DNA from: Octopus sinensis
Taxonomy: Eukaryota
NCBI RefSeq assembly: GCF_006345805.1
Contig: NC_043004.1
Location: 96,348,001-96,412,000, forward strand
Direction: 5' to 3'
DNA: 64,000 nt
Of this stretch, positions 1-12,956 are shown piece after piece (positions within the stretch are counted from its first letter, which is position 1; the number at the start of each line of letters is the position of its first letter). Both the position numbers and the translations under genes were made by a program. The notes under the pieces were generated by a model. The model was not told where the DNA came from, searched no databases, and saw only the letters and a program-made list of their open reading frames with translations.

Positions 1-196
1 ACGTCATCGAAATCTGAATGTTGCAAGATAATGCATGATTAATTCAAAATAACATGCATAAATAAGCATTAATGTAACACTAAAGGTTTAAAAATCCATA
101 TACAATTGTCAAGTCTCCAATTTTTGTAAAGCTTCTGGGAAAGCATTTTATATTCAGAGACTACAATCTCAATCATCTTTTCTTTTTTACAACATA

Positions 197-599
197 TCTT
201 TATATATAAAAGAGAGGTTGTGTGCTGTCTGTCTCCTACGATTTAGATTCCTAACTCCTCCCACATTTTGCGGTGCAGTTTAACCAAAACCGGGTATCTT
301 ATAGTCATGATTCATATCGAGCCCTTCTGGGTATTAGCGTGAGTCTACAATGAGTCTACGATTTAAAAAATAATTTACCATAATTTTTTTTCCATTTTAA
401 TGCATTTTTTCGCTATTATATAAGGGAAGTAACTCTCTAAAAATGTCTACGATGAGTCAACGATTTAAAAAAAAATTTACCATAATTTTTTTCCCATTTT
501 TAATGCATTTTCTTGCTATTTTTTGGCTATAACTCTCTAAAAATGCTTATATAGTTATTTCCCTTACAAACCCGAGCAATGCCGGGCGATACTGCTAGT
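197..599 (+). mobile_element. Non-autonomous Helitron (copy 1)
   Basis: Starts TC-TTTATATATAAA, ends with the hairpin CCCGAGCAATGCCGGG followed by CTAG, and sits between A and T. It has an internal tandem duplication. A second copy lies at 17621-18011. Confidence 0.85.
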
Positions 600-1539
600 T
601 CTATATTTAGTTGAGATAGTTTTCTTATTTGTATTCTTCCTCATATATCTTATTCTGACTGCTTGGTCCTATGCAACAAAGATCAAGACATCTGCATCTT
701 TCTTTAAATTTCTTGGTGGGATTCTGGTTTAAGCACGCCATAAAACCCCTAAAAAATTTTTTTATAATTTTAAAAATTGTCAGAAAAGTCTTGTGAATTA
801 TATTCTATTCACAGGAATTCATATGACTATGAATTTTTTTTTTATTTTTCTAAATTAAAAATTCTTTTTTTTTAATTACTGTTAAAAATTTGGACAGTCC
901 GACATTTTGGCTTAAATGACAACAGACCATTAAATGTATTTATGGGAGAAAATAATTAAAAAACATCAAAAATCAGATTGACAAAGGAATGAGGAGGGTA
1001 GAGGTGGTCATGAGATGCACTGAAAATAACAGCTAAATAGCCCTTAAATCAGACATCAAAAGTATTTTGTTTGTGCTTTTGTATAATTGTATGAATTCCT
1101 GTGTGTGGAATACAAATTCACAAACATTTTCTGAAAGTTCTAAAAAATAAAAAAGTTATGAGGGGCTCTAAGGCATTCATAAAGCAGAATTCTGCCACTT
1201 ACTTTTGACATCTGGTTTATGCTTTGAAAATATTTTCCATGTAAACTTTGCTATTCATATCTTTGTTTTCTAACCTTAGGAATATCACTTTCTCTTTTTT
1301 CATACAGGAACCTCTGCACTTGGAAGTACCATTCTGATACTATTTTTTAATACTCTCACTCCACCAGCAAATGTACTCTGTTCTCTTCCAGTCTTGCCTT
1401 AATTACATTGAGTTATCCATTAACTGCCGATAGTTAACTATCATCTGGTCTTTTCTGGACTGTATACAGTACTTAAGCAATGATAGATGGTCAGGCAGAT
1501 AGGCTGTCATCTTGGAAAATACTCTGACATATATATTTA

Positions 1540-1773
1540 CACCAATCCGACCGTGGCCGTTGCCAGCCTCGCCTGGCACCTGTGCAGGTGGCACGTAAAA
1601 AGCACCCACTACACTCACGGAGTGGTTGGCATTAGGAAGGGCATCCAGCTGTAGAAACATTGCCAGATAAGACTGGAGCCTGGTGCAGCCTTCTGGCTTC
1701 CCAGATCCCCGGTCGAACCGTCCAACCATGCTAGCATAGAGAACGGACGTTAAACGATGATGATGATGATGAT
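1540..1773 (+). mobile_element. SINE-like repeat family D (RTE-type 3' end, (GAT)n tail)
   Basis: GGTGGCACGTAAAAAGCAC...AGGAAGGGCATCCAGCTGTAGAAAC...GGACGTTAAACGATGATGAT; multiple copies in the window. Confidence 0.8.
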
Positions 1774-2056
1774 GAAGGGAGACACTATTTTCTCTTAGTT
1801 CTGTTACTTGAATTCCTCTATTAGGTGATATAATTACTATCATCATTATTATTATTTCCATTTCACTTCTCAGAGAACTTGATTTCACTTGTTTCAGTTA
1901 ATTCTACAGACAACACCCAAATACCATTCTCAAAATCTTCACTGTTCCCAATAGAGCAGTTTTCTGAGCATGTTCTATCCTCATGTGAATCCCAGTTGCT
2001 CCAACAAATTTCTCAAACGTGGTTGTTAATGCTCCCAGCACCCCTATAGAGCATTA

Positions 2057-2092
<36 letters not shown>

Positions 2093-2214
2093 GTTGTTGT
2101 TGTTGTTGTTATCATCATTAGCATATCAGGCAAAGTGTTCAGTGGCATTTCGTCTGTCTTATCTGTTTCATAGAGACATCTCGTTTTCTTGTTACACCTG
2201 TATTTTTTAAATCG

Positions 2215-2418
2215 ATTTCAAATTTTGGCACAAGGCCAGTAATTTTGGAGGAGCAGGTAAGTTAATGACATCAACCCAAATGTTCAACTGGTACTTATTT
2301 TATCGACCCTGAAAGGATGAAAGGCAAAATCAACCTTAGTAGAATTTGAACTCAGAATGATGAAATGCTGCTAAGCATTTTATCTGGCATACTAATGACT
2401 CTGATAGCTCGCTGCCCT
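2215..2418 (-). mobile_element. tRNA-derived SINE family B (Nin-domain-like), degenerate
   Basis: Reverse complement of the family B body (CCTTTCATCCTTTC..GGGTCGATAAA..AAGTACCAG). Confidence 0.7.
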
Positions 2419-3309
2419 CATTATCGTTAATATTAATAATAAAATGCAGCTGGATTAGCAGAATTGGTAGTACCTTGGACACACAAAAGATTTACATTAT
2501 TTAGTGACCTGCTCTTTGGTTTCAAACCCTGTCAAGTTCATTGTTGTTTGTGAACCTTCTGAGGTCAATAAGATATGTACAATACAATTGAATATGCTCA
2601 TTCCTTACATTTGAGGCCTGTGTTTATGCCAGAACTCAATTATAATAATAGTATTTTCTTTTATTTGCTCTGCATGTGTCGAATGATGGGAACATTATAA
2701 AGATTGATTGTGTTGGAGGGGGTTTTCATAAAATAAGTTAAGAAAAGGAGGAAGGAATAAGATGAAAAGCATCACAAAATATACAACATAAATGAATGAA
2801 TACCTAGAAGTTACATTCCTTCTGATGCAAGAGAGTCACCAGCTGAGGCCAATCAAAGAATTCTGTAAATCCAAGGTTAATCCTGACCAATAAGAACATG
2901 TGACCCTATCAACTAATCTACATGTGGTGGCTTAAAGTAATTCTATCCACACAAACCATTTTCGTTAATCACTCTAGTTTTGATAAATCCACTGGATGAG
3001 AGTATTTCTATGCAATTAGAATTTGAAAAAGTCAATGAGATCTTGACAAAAGAGGAAGGTTTCTGTCCTTGAACTTTTCAATATCATCCACTTTCACTGT
3101 AGCCACCAAAAAAAAAATGAAAACTGCATGCCTTTCTGGATTAAAGGAGTGTGGTGGGCTGATTTTACAATGGACTTGCCTAATAACCAGGTCCATCACA
3201 CATATGACAATAGTTGTTCAAAATAACTCCATAAGTTAATCAAGCTTGAGTATTTGTACAAATACATGCAAAATATTTCATCACTCAGTGCACATCTTAG
3301 AAAGGGCCA

Positions 3310-3932
3310 TGTTCTGAGTTCAAATTTTGCCGACGTCGACTTTGTATTTAATTCTTACAGAGTCAATAAATTAAGTACCAGTTGCGTACTGAGGTCGATC
3401 TTAATCAACTGGCCTCCCCCGCTCCCCAAAATTTCAGGCCTTGTACCTAGAGTAGGAAAATATTTCTCTTTGCTCAAGGTGGCAAGCTGACAGAATCGTT
3501 AGCACATGGGGCAAAATGCTTAGCCGTATTTTGTCTGTCTTTATGTTCTGAGTTCAAATTTCGCCGAGGTCAACTTTGCCTTTCATTCTTTCGGGGTCAA
3601 TAAATTAAGTACCAGTTGCGTACTGAGGTCGATCTAATCAACTGGCCTCCCCCGCCCCCCAAAATTTCAGGCCTTGTGCCTAGAGTAGGAAAATGTTTCT
3701 CTTTGCTCAAGGTGGCAAGCTGACAGAATTGTTAGCACATAGGGCAAAATGCTTAGCCGTATTTTGTCTGTCTTTATGTTCTGAGTTCAAATTCCGCTGA
3801 TGTCAACTTTGCCTTTCATTCTTTCGGGGTCAATAAATTAAGTACTAGTTGCGTACTGGGGTCGATCTAAACAACAGGCCTCTCCCGCCCCCCAAAATTT
3901 CAGGCCTTGTGCCTAGAGTAGAAAAGAATATT
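3310..3932 (+). mobile_element. Three head-to-tail SINE family B units
   Basis: About 231-bp period; each unit has GTTCTGAGTTCAAAT...GTCAATAAATTAAGTAC...AAAATTTCAGGCCTTGT. The first unit is 5'-truncated. Confidence 0.85.
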
Positions 3933-4253
3933 TCTCTTTGTTCCTGCCATTGCCTCACATTTCTTTGGAATTGTGCCAACTGCCTCCATTCCTGTGGGGC
4001 TCAAAGAGTTCATATTGGTACATTCAAAAAATTTTAACAAGGATTTGTACCATTTACAAAAGACCAAATATTTTGAAGGAACAGAATAGTCAATTAAATC
4101 AACCCCAGTAATGAACTGGTATTTATTTTACCTAACTCTGAGGAATAATAGGCAGGATTTGAACTCAAAACAAAAAAGGCATGTAAATAAATACCACAAG
4201 GAATTTTCTTCTGTACTCTAAACAACTTTGCCATTCATCACCTTTAAAAGTGC

Positions 4254-4292
<39 letters not shown>

Positions 4293-5689
4293 TAATAATA
4301 ATAATGATTTCTATTAATAATGATAATAATTTTTGCTTAATCAACTTCAATTGTTTTAATTGCAAAGTTAATGCTGTTTTTTTTTGTTGTTATATTCTAT
4401 ATATTGCTTCCTTATTTAGTTTGTTTTTATTTCATCATTGAGTTCTTTTTTATTTATTTATTTTGTTTTCTTTTGTTATTCAGTAAAAGAAAGATGAGAA
4501 AAAAAATAAATTTATAAACTTTAGATTTCGAAACTAAAATTAGCGGATTACAATTGGGGTAAGGTTTGAGTTGGGTTTGGAGGTTAAGCAAGAGTTCAAG
4601 GAGGACTTGGTAGTGGAAAGACTGATTTTAGTTTATTTGTTTTATTTCATGCTGAATAAATAAATAAAAAATAAAAACGCATTAAAATAGTGATCTTGAT
4701 GATAATCATGATAATGATGATGATGATGATGATTTGAATGATTGTTTGTTTTTCAGTTGTATTATTACCCTTTCTTTCTCTCAGCCTTCTCTTTCTTTTC
4801 TTAATTTTTCGCCCTCACACCGTCACCTTCTTTGGAAAACCCAGTCACTGCTAAATCTATGCATTATTTATCACCCCTTATTAACCTTTTAATTAACTGC
4901 TAACAAATGTCCACAGTAAATCTTTTATGCACCAGAAGAGAGAAGAGGTGGGAAAATAAACAGCAACAAATAATTGGAGTAACAACAACAACAACAACAA
5001 AAACAACAGCAATAACAATAATAATTTCTTTATAATATCAATAACAATGACAATAGTAAAAAAGAAATAATAATTGAAATAATAGTAACACTAATAATAT
5101 CAATAATGTTAATGGGAACAATGATAATAATAACAACATTGATAATAATAATAATAATAATAATATTAATAATAATAATAATAATAGTAATAATAATAGA
5201 AACTAGGCTAGAAATAATTAAATGAAAAGAAATGGAAAATAAATAGAAAGAATAATTTGTAAAAAAAATATAATGAAAATTCTAAAAAAATACAGGAAAA
5301 TGACATCCACTCTCACCATTTCCTTTCTTCCTTCCTAAAGTATCTTTTTTTTTTTTCTGCCTTCTTTTACTTCTGTTTCACCCCTTACAGTTTCTGCCAC
5401 AGCATCATTGCTCTGTAATTTTTTTTTTTTTAATTCCAATTTATCAAATAAAATTTGAAATTGTCTGATTCAGAAAAATCAAAGTTACAAATAAAATGAA
5501 ATAAAATTTCATAGAAACAAACAAATCATTTTTGTTGTTTTTTCTTTTATTGTTGACTTTGTTTCTTTTCTTTTTCTTTTTCTTCTTTTTTTTTTTTTGG
5601 TTATCCAAGCTGGCATATATTGACTAGGTATATAAACACAGCATTGCTGTTTGTGTAAGGCTTCTATGTTCTTGATACTAAACAACAGC

Positions 5690-5727
<38 letters not shown>

Positions 5728-5760
5728 TAAAATTGTCAATTTCTTACATGATTTCTGCAG

Positions 5761-5888
5761 GTATTTGTTATGGAAATAAAGTTAGTCTAGCTAACTGGAA
5801 TAACCAAACAGAATCAAAAAGTCGGTTCATTGCTAATAGGGTACTAATGAGAAATGTGGCCTTTAGTAATGACAATGTTTTGCTTTAA
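5761..5888 (+). CDS. Candidate terminal exon, product unknown
   Basis: Acceptor TTTCTTACATGATTTCTGCAG|G, then an open frame (G)ICYGNKVSLANWNNQTESKSRFIANRVLMRNVAFSNDNVLL*. No recognisable homology and no upstream partner exon found. Confidence 0.2.
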
Positions 5889-6267
5889 ATATATGAATAA
5901 CAATGTCAAGGACACACATCCACACTACAAACACATAAATTAAAACAGCATCAGTACAAACTGATAAGAGAATAGACAAATGTACTTGATGATCCTGTTT
6001 TACCTAGCAGCAAAATCTACCTTTAAAAATTACCCCTTTGCCTTCAGAATGGAACATCGCTCAAAAGTGGAGAGGCACAGCTGTATGGTTCATAGTTCCT
6101 GCTTGGAGCAGCATGGTGCATGCTTCTGCTTTTAATCCCATCAAGAAGTACCTTGGGTAAGCGTCTTCCACTGTAGCCTCATGACTAGAATTTGGTAGAC
6201 AAAAACTGCAAAAGCCTCTCATGCACACAAACACACACACACACACACATGCATGCACACACTTATG

Positions 6268-6467
6268 AAGTTCCTGGCTTTTGGGTAGAAGAAAATATAG
6301 GAGGATCAGCTAATTATGATTTTATTTAACATACTCCCCCTCTGAGATTCACACACTTATTGCAGCAGTCCTTCAGTTTTTTAAGCCCTATAAAAGAACT
6401 CTGAAGGTTGGACCTCCAATCAGGCCTTTCGTAATAACCTTAAAGCCAGGAACTTTTCAGCACCCAC
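6268..6467. mobile_element. Mariner-type MITE (empty-site relative of 17541-18153)
   Basis: Inverted ends AAGTTCCTGGCTTT / AAAGCCAGGAACTTTTCAGCACCC; the internal sequence aligns by eye with the flanks of the Helitron at 17621. Confidence 0.7.
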
Positions 6468-6799
6468 TCTGTGTGTGTGTGTGTGTGTGGTCTATGCATG
6501 TATCATTTGAGGATGTATATTGGCGAAAAGTGAAAACATTGGTAAGAAAACTGATGAAATTTTGTATTTGAATGAAATCCCTTGTAATAAATTCCCAGGA
6601 AATCTAGATTGAACAACCATAAACAAAATCAAACCACGAATTGATCAATACTCATAATTCTTCATGGACAAAGAAATTGATTAACCTATGCAACTGTAAA
6701 ATTAAGGGAAGCTACTTCTACAGATTATTGAAATATTCATAAAAGCACAAAAATACAGAGAGCTATAAATGAATAAAGTAATAATTACAGAGAAACATT

Positions 6800-8090
6800 G
6801 AGATCAGCTAATATCTAAATAAGACCAATTGTGGCAGTAATGCAATCTTCAAAACAATACTGGTGTCCCTTTATAGACTTACATCTTAAATATCGAAGCC
6901 CTAAAATCCCAAGTTTACATACAAGTCGACATGGATTTCCTGAAATACATTTCATTAACAATCCCAAAGAGCAACATCTTCAGCTTTGATGTAAGTAAGC
7001 TGCATACCAGTACACCAGAAGCATAATGCGTAACAGCAGTCTGATACTGTGTAGAGAGGCATCATAAATATAGGCACTCCCAAACAGAGTTCATAATCAA
7101 ACCTTTACAAGTACTTATGGAAAGAAATACTTTTGACTTTGGTGAAATGATTTGCAGATAGATTAAAGGAACAGCTATGGGTACAAAAGTAGTACCCTCT
7201 TATGGAAACCTAGTAATGGCATTCCTAGAATAGAAGCTATTTTAGGTAACATTTCTCAATGGCTATTTCATGATGATCATGAGGAGGAGGATCGTCGTCA
7301 TCGTCGTCGTCGTCATCATCATCATCATCATTTCTTTTAAATATATCAGAAGAGGAATTATATGTTTCATAACATCTAACCTCCCTCTAACAATTAAATT
7401 CTCAATGGAAACTAGCTGTAAAGAACTACCATTCTTCAACAGACTCATAAAATTATGTGATGCTGGGATCACAAAAAATGTGCTAGGTTTACACAATTTA
7501 AAATATTTTTTCATGTCATCCATCATACATTAAATGAAATATCTCTAGTGCATGGTAAGATACATATGCACAATAGTGTTTAACTTAGAACTAGATTAAA
7601 TGAGATTGGAAGAGCTGAGACATTTTCTAAAACTGCAAAACTATTCCTTGAAATTAATAGACAATAGGATAAAAACATCAAAGGTACTAAATATATTTCA
7701 ACTCAGAGCAACAAATCAGCACCCCCACCAAAAAAAAAAAAAAAATAGAGTGAGAAAGAGAGTATTTCTTCTGCTTTGACTAAAAAACAACAGCTTCCTC
7801 TTCTTCTGTCATACAAACTTATGCACAATCTATTCAGCTAATAACTTAGTTTGATTCAAAGATGATCCAATGGATCATTCATTGAAAGGAATACAAAAAC
7901 ACTGAATGGTTTTAGACTCTTGATAATAGTTATCTTGACCAAAGTTAACTGCGGGCGAATAAAATTTTGATTCGAAGAAAAAAAAAGCCTCTTGTGACAG
8001 GTGCAGCTGAAGCCGAAATTTTGAAAACTTCTGCATTGCCTGAGAGAGATTGCAACAATTTAAATGCTTTATAAAACGCCCACTTACCAC
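6800..8090 (+). mobile_element. Decayed Penelope-like retroelement, RT region
   Basis: Translates to SFDVSKLHTSTP (about 6980; cf. SFDVxSLYTNIP), GTAMGTKVVPSYGNLVMAFLE (about 7170-7230) and IKFSMETSCKELPF. Many stops; interrupted by a (CAT)n tract. Confidence 0.8.
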
Positions 8091-8199
8091 AGTCTATCCT
8101 TTTTCATATCTCTGCTATAAAAAGTAGTGGGCTGTGGTATTCTTTATTGTTTTATATATTTCAGCCCTAATGCTGTGGTCGTGCTGGGTACTGTGTATA

Positions 8200-8928
8200 T
8201 ATTGTAGTGCTGTACAGATGTGCTGTATTGGGAACTTGCTGGCATCCCTTAGCTGCTCGTGGGTGGAGTGAGATCTCACAAACGTCTGGTGGGCATGCGC
8301 AACAAGACAGTAAGCCTTTCTGGAACGAGTGGCTGTGTGGTAAGTAGCTTGCTTACGAACCATATTGTTCCAAGTTCAGTCCCACTGTGTGGCATCTTGG
8401 GCAAGTGTCTTCTATTATAGCCTCGGGCCAACCAAAGCCTTGTGAGTGAATTTGGTAGACGGAAACTCAAAGAAGCCCGTCGTATATATGTAGAAATATG
8501 TGTGTCTGTATATTAGTGTGTGTTTGACCCCAAGCATAGCTTGACAACCGATGCCGGTGTGTTTATGTTCCTGCCACTTAGCAGTTTGGCAAAAGAGACT
8601 GATAGAATAAATACTGGGCACACAAAGAATAAGTCCCAGGGTCAATTTGCTCAACTAAAGGCAGTGCTCCATCATGGCCACAGTCAAATGACTGAAACAA
8701 GCAAAGAATAAAGAGTATAAGACAGCTCTTGAGCTTGTTCACTCTCTTTTCCCATGTGCCTCTCGCACTAGAAGCAGCTCATCTTACTAGCAGCAACTCG
8801 CTGCCTCACGCATACAACACAGCAGACAATATACTACGCTAGAGATGATTAACGAGAGCCAAACTTTGAGCCTGTAAATAAATGCTATTCAGATTTATTG
8901 TCTCACTTTGTCTTCGACTTGATACTTC
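8200..8928 (+). mobile_element. Possible solo LTR interrupted by a SINE
   Basis: GC-elevated block with a TGTAGTG candidate start, AATAAA near 8878 and an end at ...TTGATACTTCA. No convincing TSD found. Confidence 0.35.
8327..8717 (+). mobile_element. tRNA-derived SINE family A
   Basis: A-box-like TGGCTGTGTGGT, a B-box-like segment (here TTCAGTCCC), GCATCTTGGGCAAGTGTC, central TA/TG tract and (A)AAAGAG tail. AAGACAG occurs on both sides. Confidence 0.9.
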
Positions 8929-9006
8929 ATTTGACTGGATTTAAATTTATAATAGGAGACGCCAGATGCCCTAGCAGCATCTTGGCCAACCATGGCTTCC
9001 CATTAT

Positions 9007-9432
9007 ACTCTTTACTCTCTTTTACTTTTTTACTTGTTTCAGTCATTTGACTACGGCCATGCTGGAGCACCGCCTTTAGTCGAGCAAATCGACCCCAGGA
9101 CTTATTCTTTGTAAGCCTAGTACTTATTCTATCGGTCTCTTTTGCCGAACTGCCAAGTGACGGGGATGTAAACACACCGGCATCGGTTGTCAAGCAATGC
9201 TAAGGGGACAAACACAGACATGCAAACATACACACACACATACATATATATACATATATACATATATACGACAGGCTTCTTTGAGTTTCCGTCTACCAAA
9301 TCCACTCACAAGGTATTGGTCGGCCTGAGGCTATAGCAGAAGACACTTGCCCAAGATGCCACGCAGTGGGACTGAACCCAGAACCATGTGGTTGGTAAGC
9401 AAGCTGCTTACCACACAGACACTCCTGCGCCT
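9007..9432 (-). mobile_element. SINE family A
   Basis: Full-length reverse-complement copy. Confidence 0.9.
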
Positions 9433-9659
9433 AATATAAACATTTTTCTTTTCTTTTCACTCAAACAAAAACATCAGTCCCAAAATACCAAATTCCTCTC
9501 TTTTAGTGTATATATTGATTATCCAAACTCACGCCCTCCACAACATAAACCTGTGTAAATTTACTGCGCCAGACTCCTGCCAGCTTTCTTGAACTCTGTT
9601 TTACATATGAGCTCACTCTATCTGCTTTACAGGAAAAAACATTGCTGATGTCTTGCAAA

Positions 9660-10250
9660 CAACTTGCACATGCAAGTGCTACCAGTTAAAGGCTCCGTAT
9701 ACCGGAAGCTAGCAAGTGTATGGGATCATCAGGAGAGAATGTGCGCCATTTTGGGGCCTACCTCTCGACGGCATCAAAGCGCACTGGCCACCCCTCACTG
9801 ATATGAGGCCCCGCTTGCTAGATCAGCTGGTTATGAAGAACTCAATATACTTCTAGCCATCGCTCATCGTCTCTTTTTAACCAAATCCAGTGGCTAGCCT
9901 TCTCCACTGTAAATTGGATATCAGTCATGGTGGTATTGACTTTACGATGAGTTAGGCCTAGCGATAACAAAAGTTGTCTCACACTGTGTCCAACAAACCT
10001 TCTACATCCGACTACTGAATGATGTTGCTGTTTCTCATCATATCTGCATGCATACACTCTATATCTCATGACCAGGTTGTAAGTCTTCTATTTGATCATA
10101 TAGCTTGCTCAAAGTAGCTGGTGATACTCACTCAAGTGTCCCTCTGCTGTTTTAAATAAGTAAAGGACTTCTCAGAAGACAAACTGGCCAAGGCTAAAAC
10201 GTTTTTGGTCATAGATCTGCGGCTTAATCAGGGTTGATCAAGGATTAAAC
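9660..10250 (-). mobile_element. 3' fragment of a REL-endonuclease non-LTR retrotransposon (HERO-like)
   Basis: ORF 9842-10069 contains VVGCRRFVGHSV...VEKASHWIWLKRDDERW, matching the xEVGCRGFV...AExxSxWxWxxR C-terminus of this group. A GC-rich 3' UTR follows. Confidence 0.75.
9721..9812 (-). ncRNA. Candidate rearranged (non-circularly permuted) hammerhead-like RNA in a LINE 3' UTR
   Basis: Minus strand: ugccGUC-gagagg ... aggcccc-AAAA-uggcg ... ucucuc-CUGAUGA. Stems I and III pair; the strands occur in reversed order. Confidence 0.5.
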
Positions 10251-10664
10251 AATAACAACAACAGCAGCAGTAACAACAGCAACAGCAGCAACAACTGCAA
10301 TAAAAATAGTAATATCAATGACAGTAGCCGCAACAATGACGCGATAAAGGCTATTACAATAATAACGGTGAAAACAAGAACAACACCAGTAGCAACAAGA
10401 AAGAAGCTCAACATTAACAATTTAGATGCTGGATGATAGAAGATACCTGAATTTAGTCGTCAGAATGTTGTGTATCAATTTTCTAGAAATGGCAAAAAAA
10501 AAATTATTTGTCACTTGGTTACCATCAGCAACCAGCACCAGCATCATCAGCAGCAGCACCACCACCACTGCTTCTCATGTTCTACTAAGTATCTTTTGAG
10601 ACCCACTCACCTGATGAAGATTTAGTTCACAAATACATGTATAGCAGAAAAAAAAAAATGAAAA

Positions 10665-10856
10665 ATCATCACCACCACCAATGCCGTCGCCGCCGCCGCC
10701 ATCACCACCACCGCCACCACCACTATTATCATCATCATCATCATCCTCATCATCATCGCTGTCGCCGTCGTCATCATCATCATCCTCATCATCATCGCTG
10801 TCGCCGTCGTCATCATCATCATCCTCATCATCATCATCATCATCATCGTCATCATC

Positions 10857-10894
<38 letters not shown>

Positions 10895-11026
10895 CATCAT
10901 CGTCATCGTCATCATCATCAACATCATCATCCTCATTCTCATCATCATCATCATCATCGTCATCATCATCATCACCATCACCATCAGCACCACCACCACC
11001 ACCACCACCACCACCATCATCATCAC

Positions 11027-11059
<33 letters not shown>

Positions 11060-11095
11060 CATCGTCGTCATCGTCATCATCATCATCATTATCTT
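10665..11095. repeat. Long imperfect (CAT/CAC/CGT)n trinucleotide tract
   Basis: Direct inspection; the source of the poly-D/H/S/M ORFs. Confidence 0.95.
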
Positions 11096-11589
11096 CACGA
11101 GCATTGGATAATGAAGTCAACATCATTACTACTATACTACTGTGAACTTGCAGCAATAACAGAGAGCCGTTCTTTCTGGTTTCTTGTTCTGATATATGTT
11201 ATTTTATCAAATTTCTGCATATCTGAGAACTGTCAGCAATAAAGAGACAGGAAATTCATGGGGAAAATATAAATGCTACTTTTAACATTGTTAGAAATAT
11301 AAATCATTTAATAGCCATGTACTGGGAGTATAATGTACTTACATACATGCGTGTACATGTATGTATGTGTAGGCGTCTGTGCATGTAGTAGATATTTACA
11401 TCCCTGCATGTGTTTATGTAGATATACATGCTTGGATAATGTATGTGTGTGAGCCTAGCTGTTTGTGTATGAGTAAAACAAATAAATACCTCGTAAGAAT
11501 GATGTTTTTGACATCAGTGATGATGATGTGGATATATATATATGCATAAATACATATTTATGAAGACTATTTTTCCATATCAACATAAG

Positions 11590-12189
11590 TGTGTATGTAT
11601 GTATGTATGTACGTATGCACATATGTGTGTATGTATGTTTGTATGTATGCACATATGTGTGTATGTATGTTTGTATGTATGTATGTATGTATGTATGTTT
11701 GTATGTATGTATGTATGTATATATATATATGTGTGTGTGTGCATGTATGTTTGTATGTATGTATGTATGTATGTATGTATGTATGTATGTATGTACGTAT
11801 GTGTGTGTGTATGTATGTACGTATACACATATGTGTGTATGTATGTTTGTATGTATGTATGTATGTATATATGTATGTATGTATGTATACACATATCCGT
11901 ACATATGTTTGTATATATGTACGTATGTATGTATGTATACACATATCCGTACGTATGTTTGTATGTATGTATGTATGTATGTATGTATGTGTGTATGTAT
12001 GTATGTTTGTATGTATGTATGTATGTATGTACGTATGCACATATGTGTGTATGTATGTTTGTATGTATGTATGTATGTATGTATGTATGTGTGTATGTAT
12101 GTATGTATGTATGTATGTGTGTATGTATGTATGTATGTACGTATGCACATATGTGTGTATGTATGTTTGTATGTATGTATGTATGTATG

Positions 12190-12222
<33 letters not shown>

Positions 12223-12370
12223 TTGTATGTATGCATGTATGTATGTATGTATGTATGAATGTATGTATGTGTGTATGTATGTATGTATGTACGTATGCAC
12301 ATATGTATGTATGTATGTGTGTATGTATGTGTGTATGTTTGTATGTATGTATGTGTGTATGTATGTATAC
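11590..12370. repeat. About 780-bp (GTAT)n-based compound tetranucleotide tract
   Basis: Direct inspection; recurring GTACGTATGCACATATGTGT interruptions. The source of the YIHT/CMYV ORFs. Confidence 0.95.
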
Positions 12371-12956
12371 ACGTGTGTGTCTTTACCTGTCGTAATGAAA
12401 AATAGTCTCTTACTAAAAGATTACATGGTCTGTTTAATGTGAAAGTTTTAATGATGTATATTTGGCTTATTTCTCATTTGTCATGATCCATTATTTCGCA
12501 GTATATAAGTGTGTATGTGTAGAAACAGACACATAGATATAAACATGAACGCGTTTACATACAACCATATACATATAAACCATGTACATACAACCACATA
12601 TATACAACCACATACATATAAACAAACACATGCAAACACATTACCATTCATACATCTGCTGCAACCATGGAAGAGGCAAACTTAGTGATACCATCATGCA
12701 TGTACTTAATTCTGCGTAAATCATCATTTATCATAATTTCAATAATTTTCAACACAGCCTCATCTAAACTGAAAAAAGAAAACAATGAAAATAATTTTTT
12801 CTTCACTGTTTTTGTATGAAACCAATACCTCTTTGTTGTAGGGCAAGAAAGTCAGTGATGGAATTTCTCTATCATTACACTTACAGCTTGTTTGTGGACA
12901 GACGTACTGCAAAACGGCTTAGGTAGATGATTGATGCATTGGATTACCAGCTAATA

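Noticed and set aside
6548-6585. CTGATGA...GAAA near the PLE remnant
   Set aside because: Weak AT-only stem II and no stem I/III; expected by chance in AT-rich DNA.
8164-8310. Plus-strand acceptor/donor pair around GC-rich sequence
   Set aside because: Stops in all three frames; better explained as part of the LTR-like block.
10575-12442. Long ORFs rich in D, H, S, M or YIHT/CMYV
   Set aside because: They are open on both strands and in several frames purely because the microsatellite units lack stop codons.
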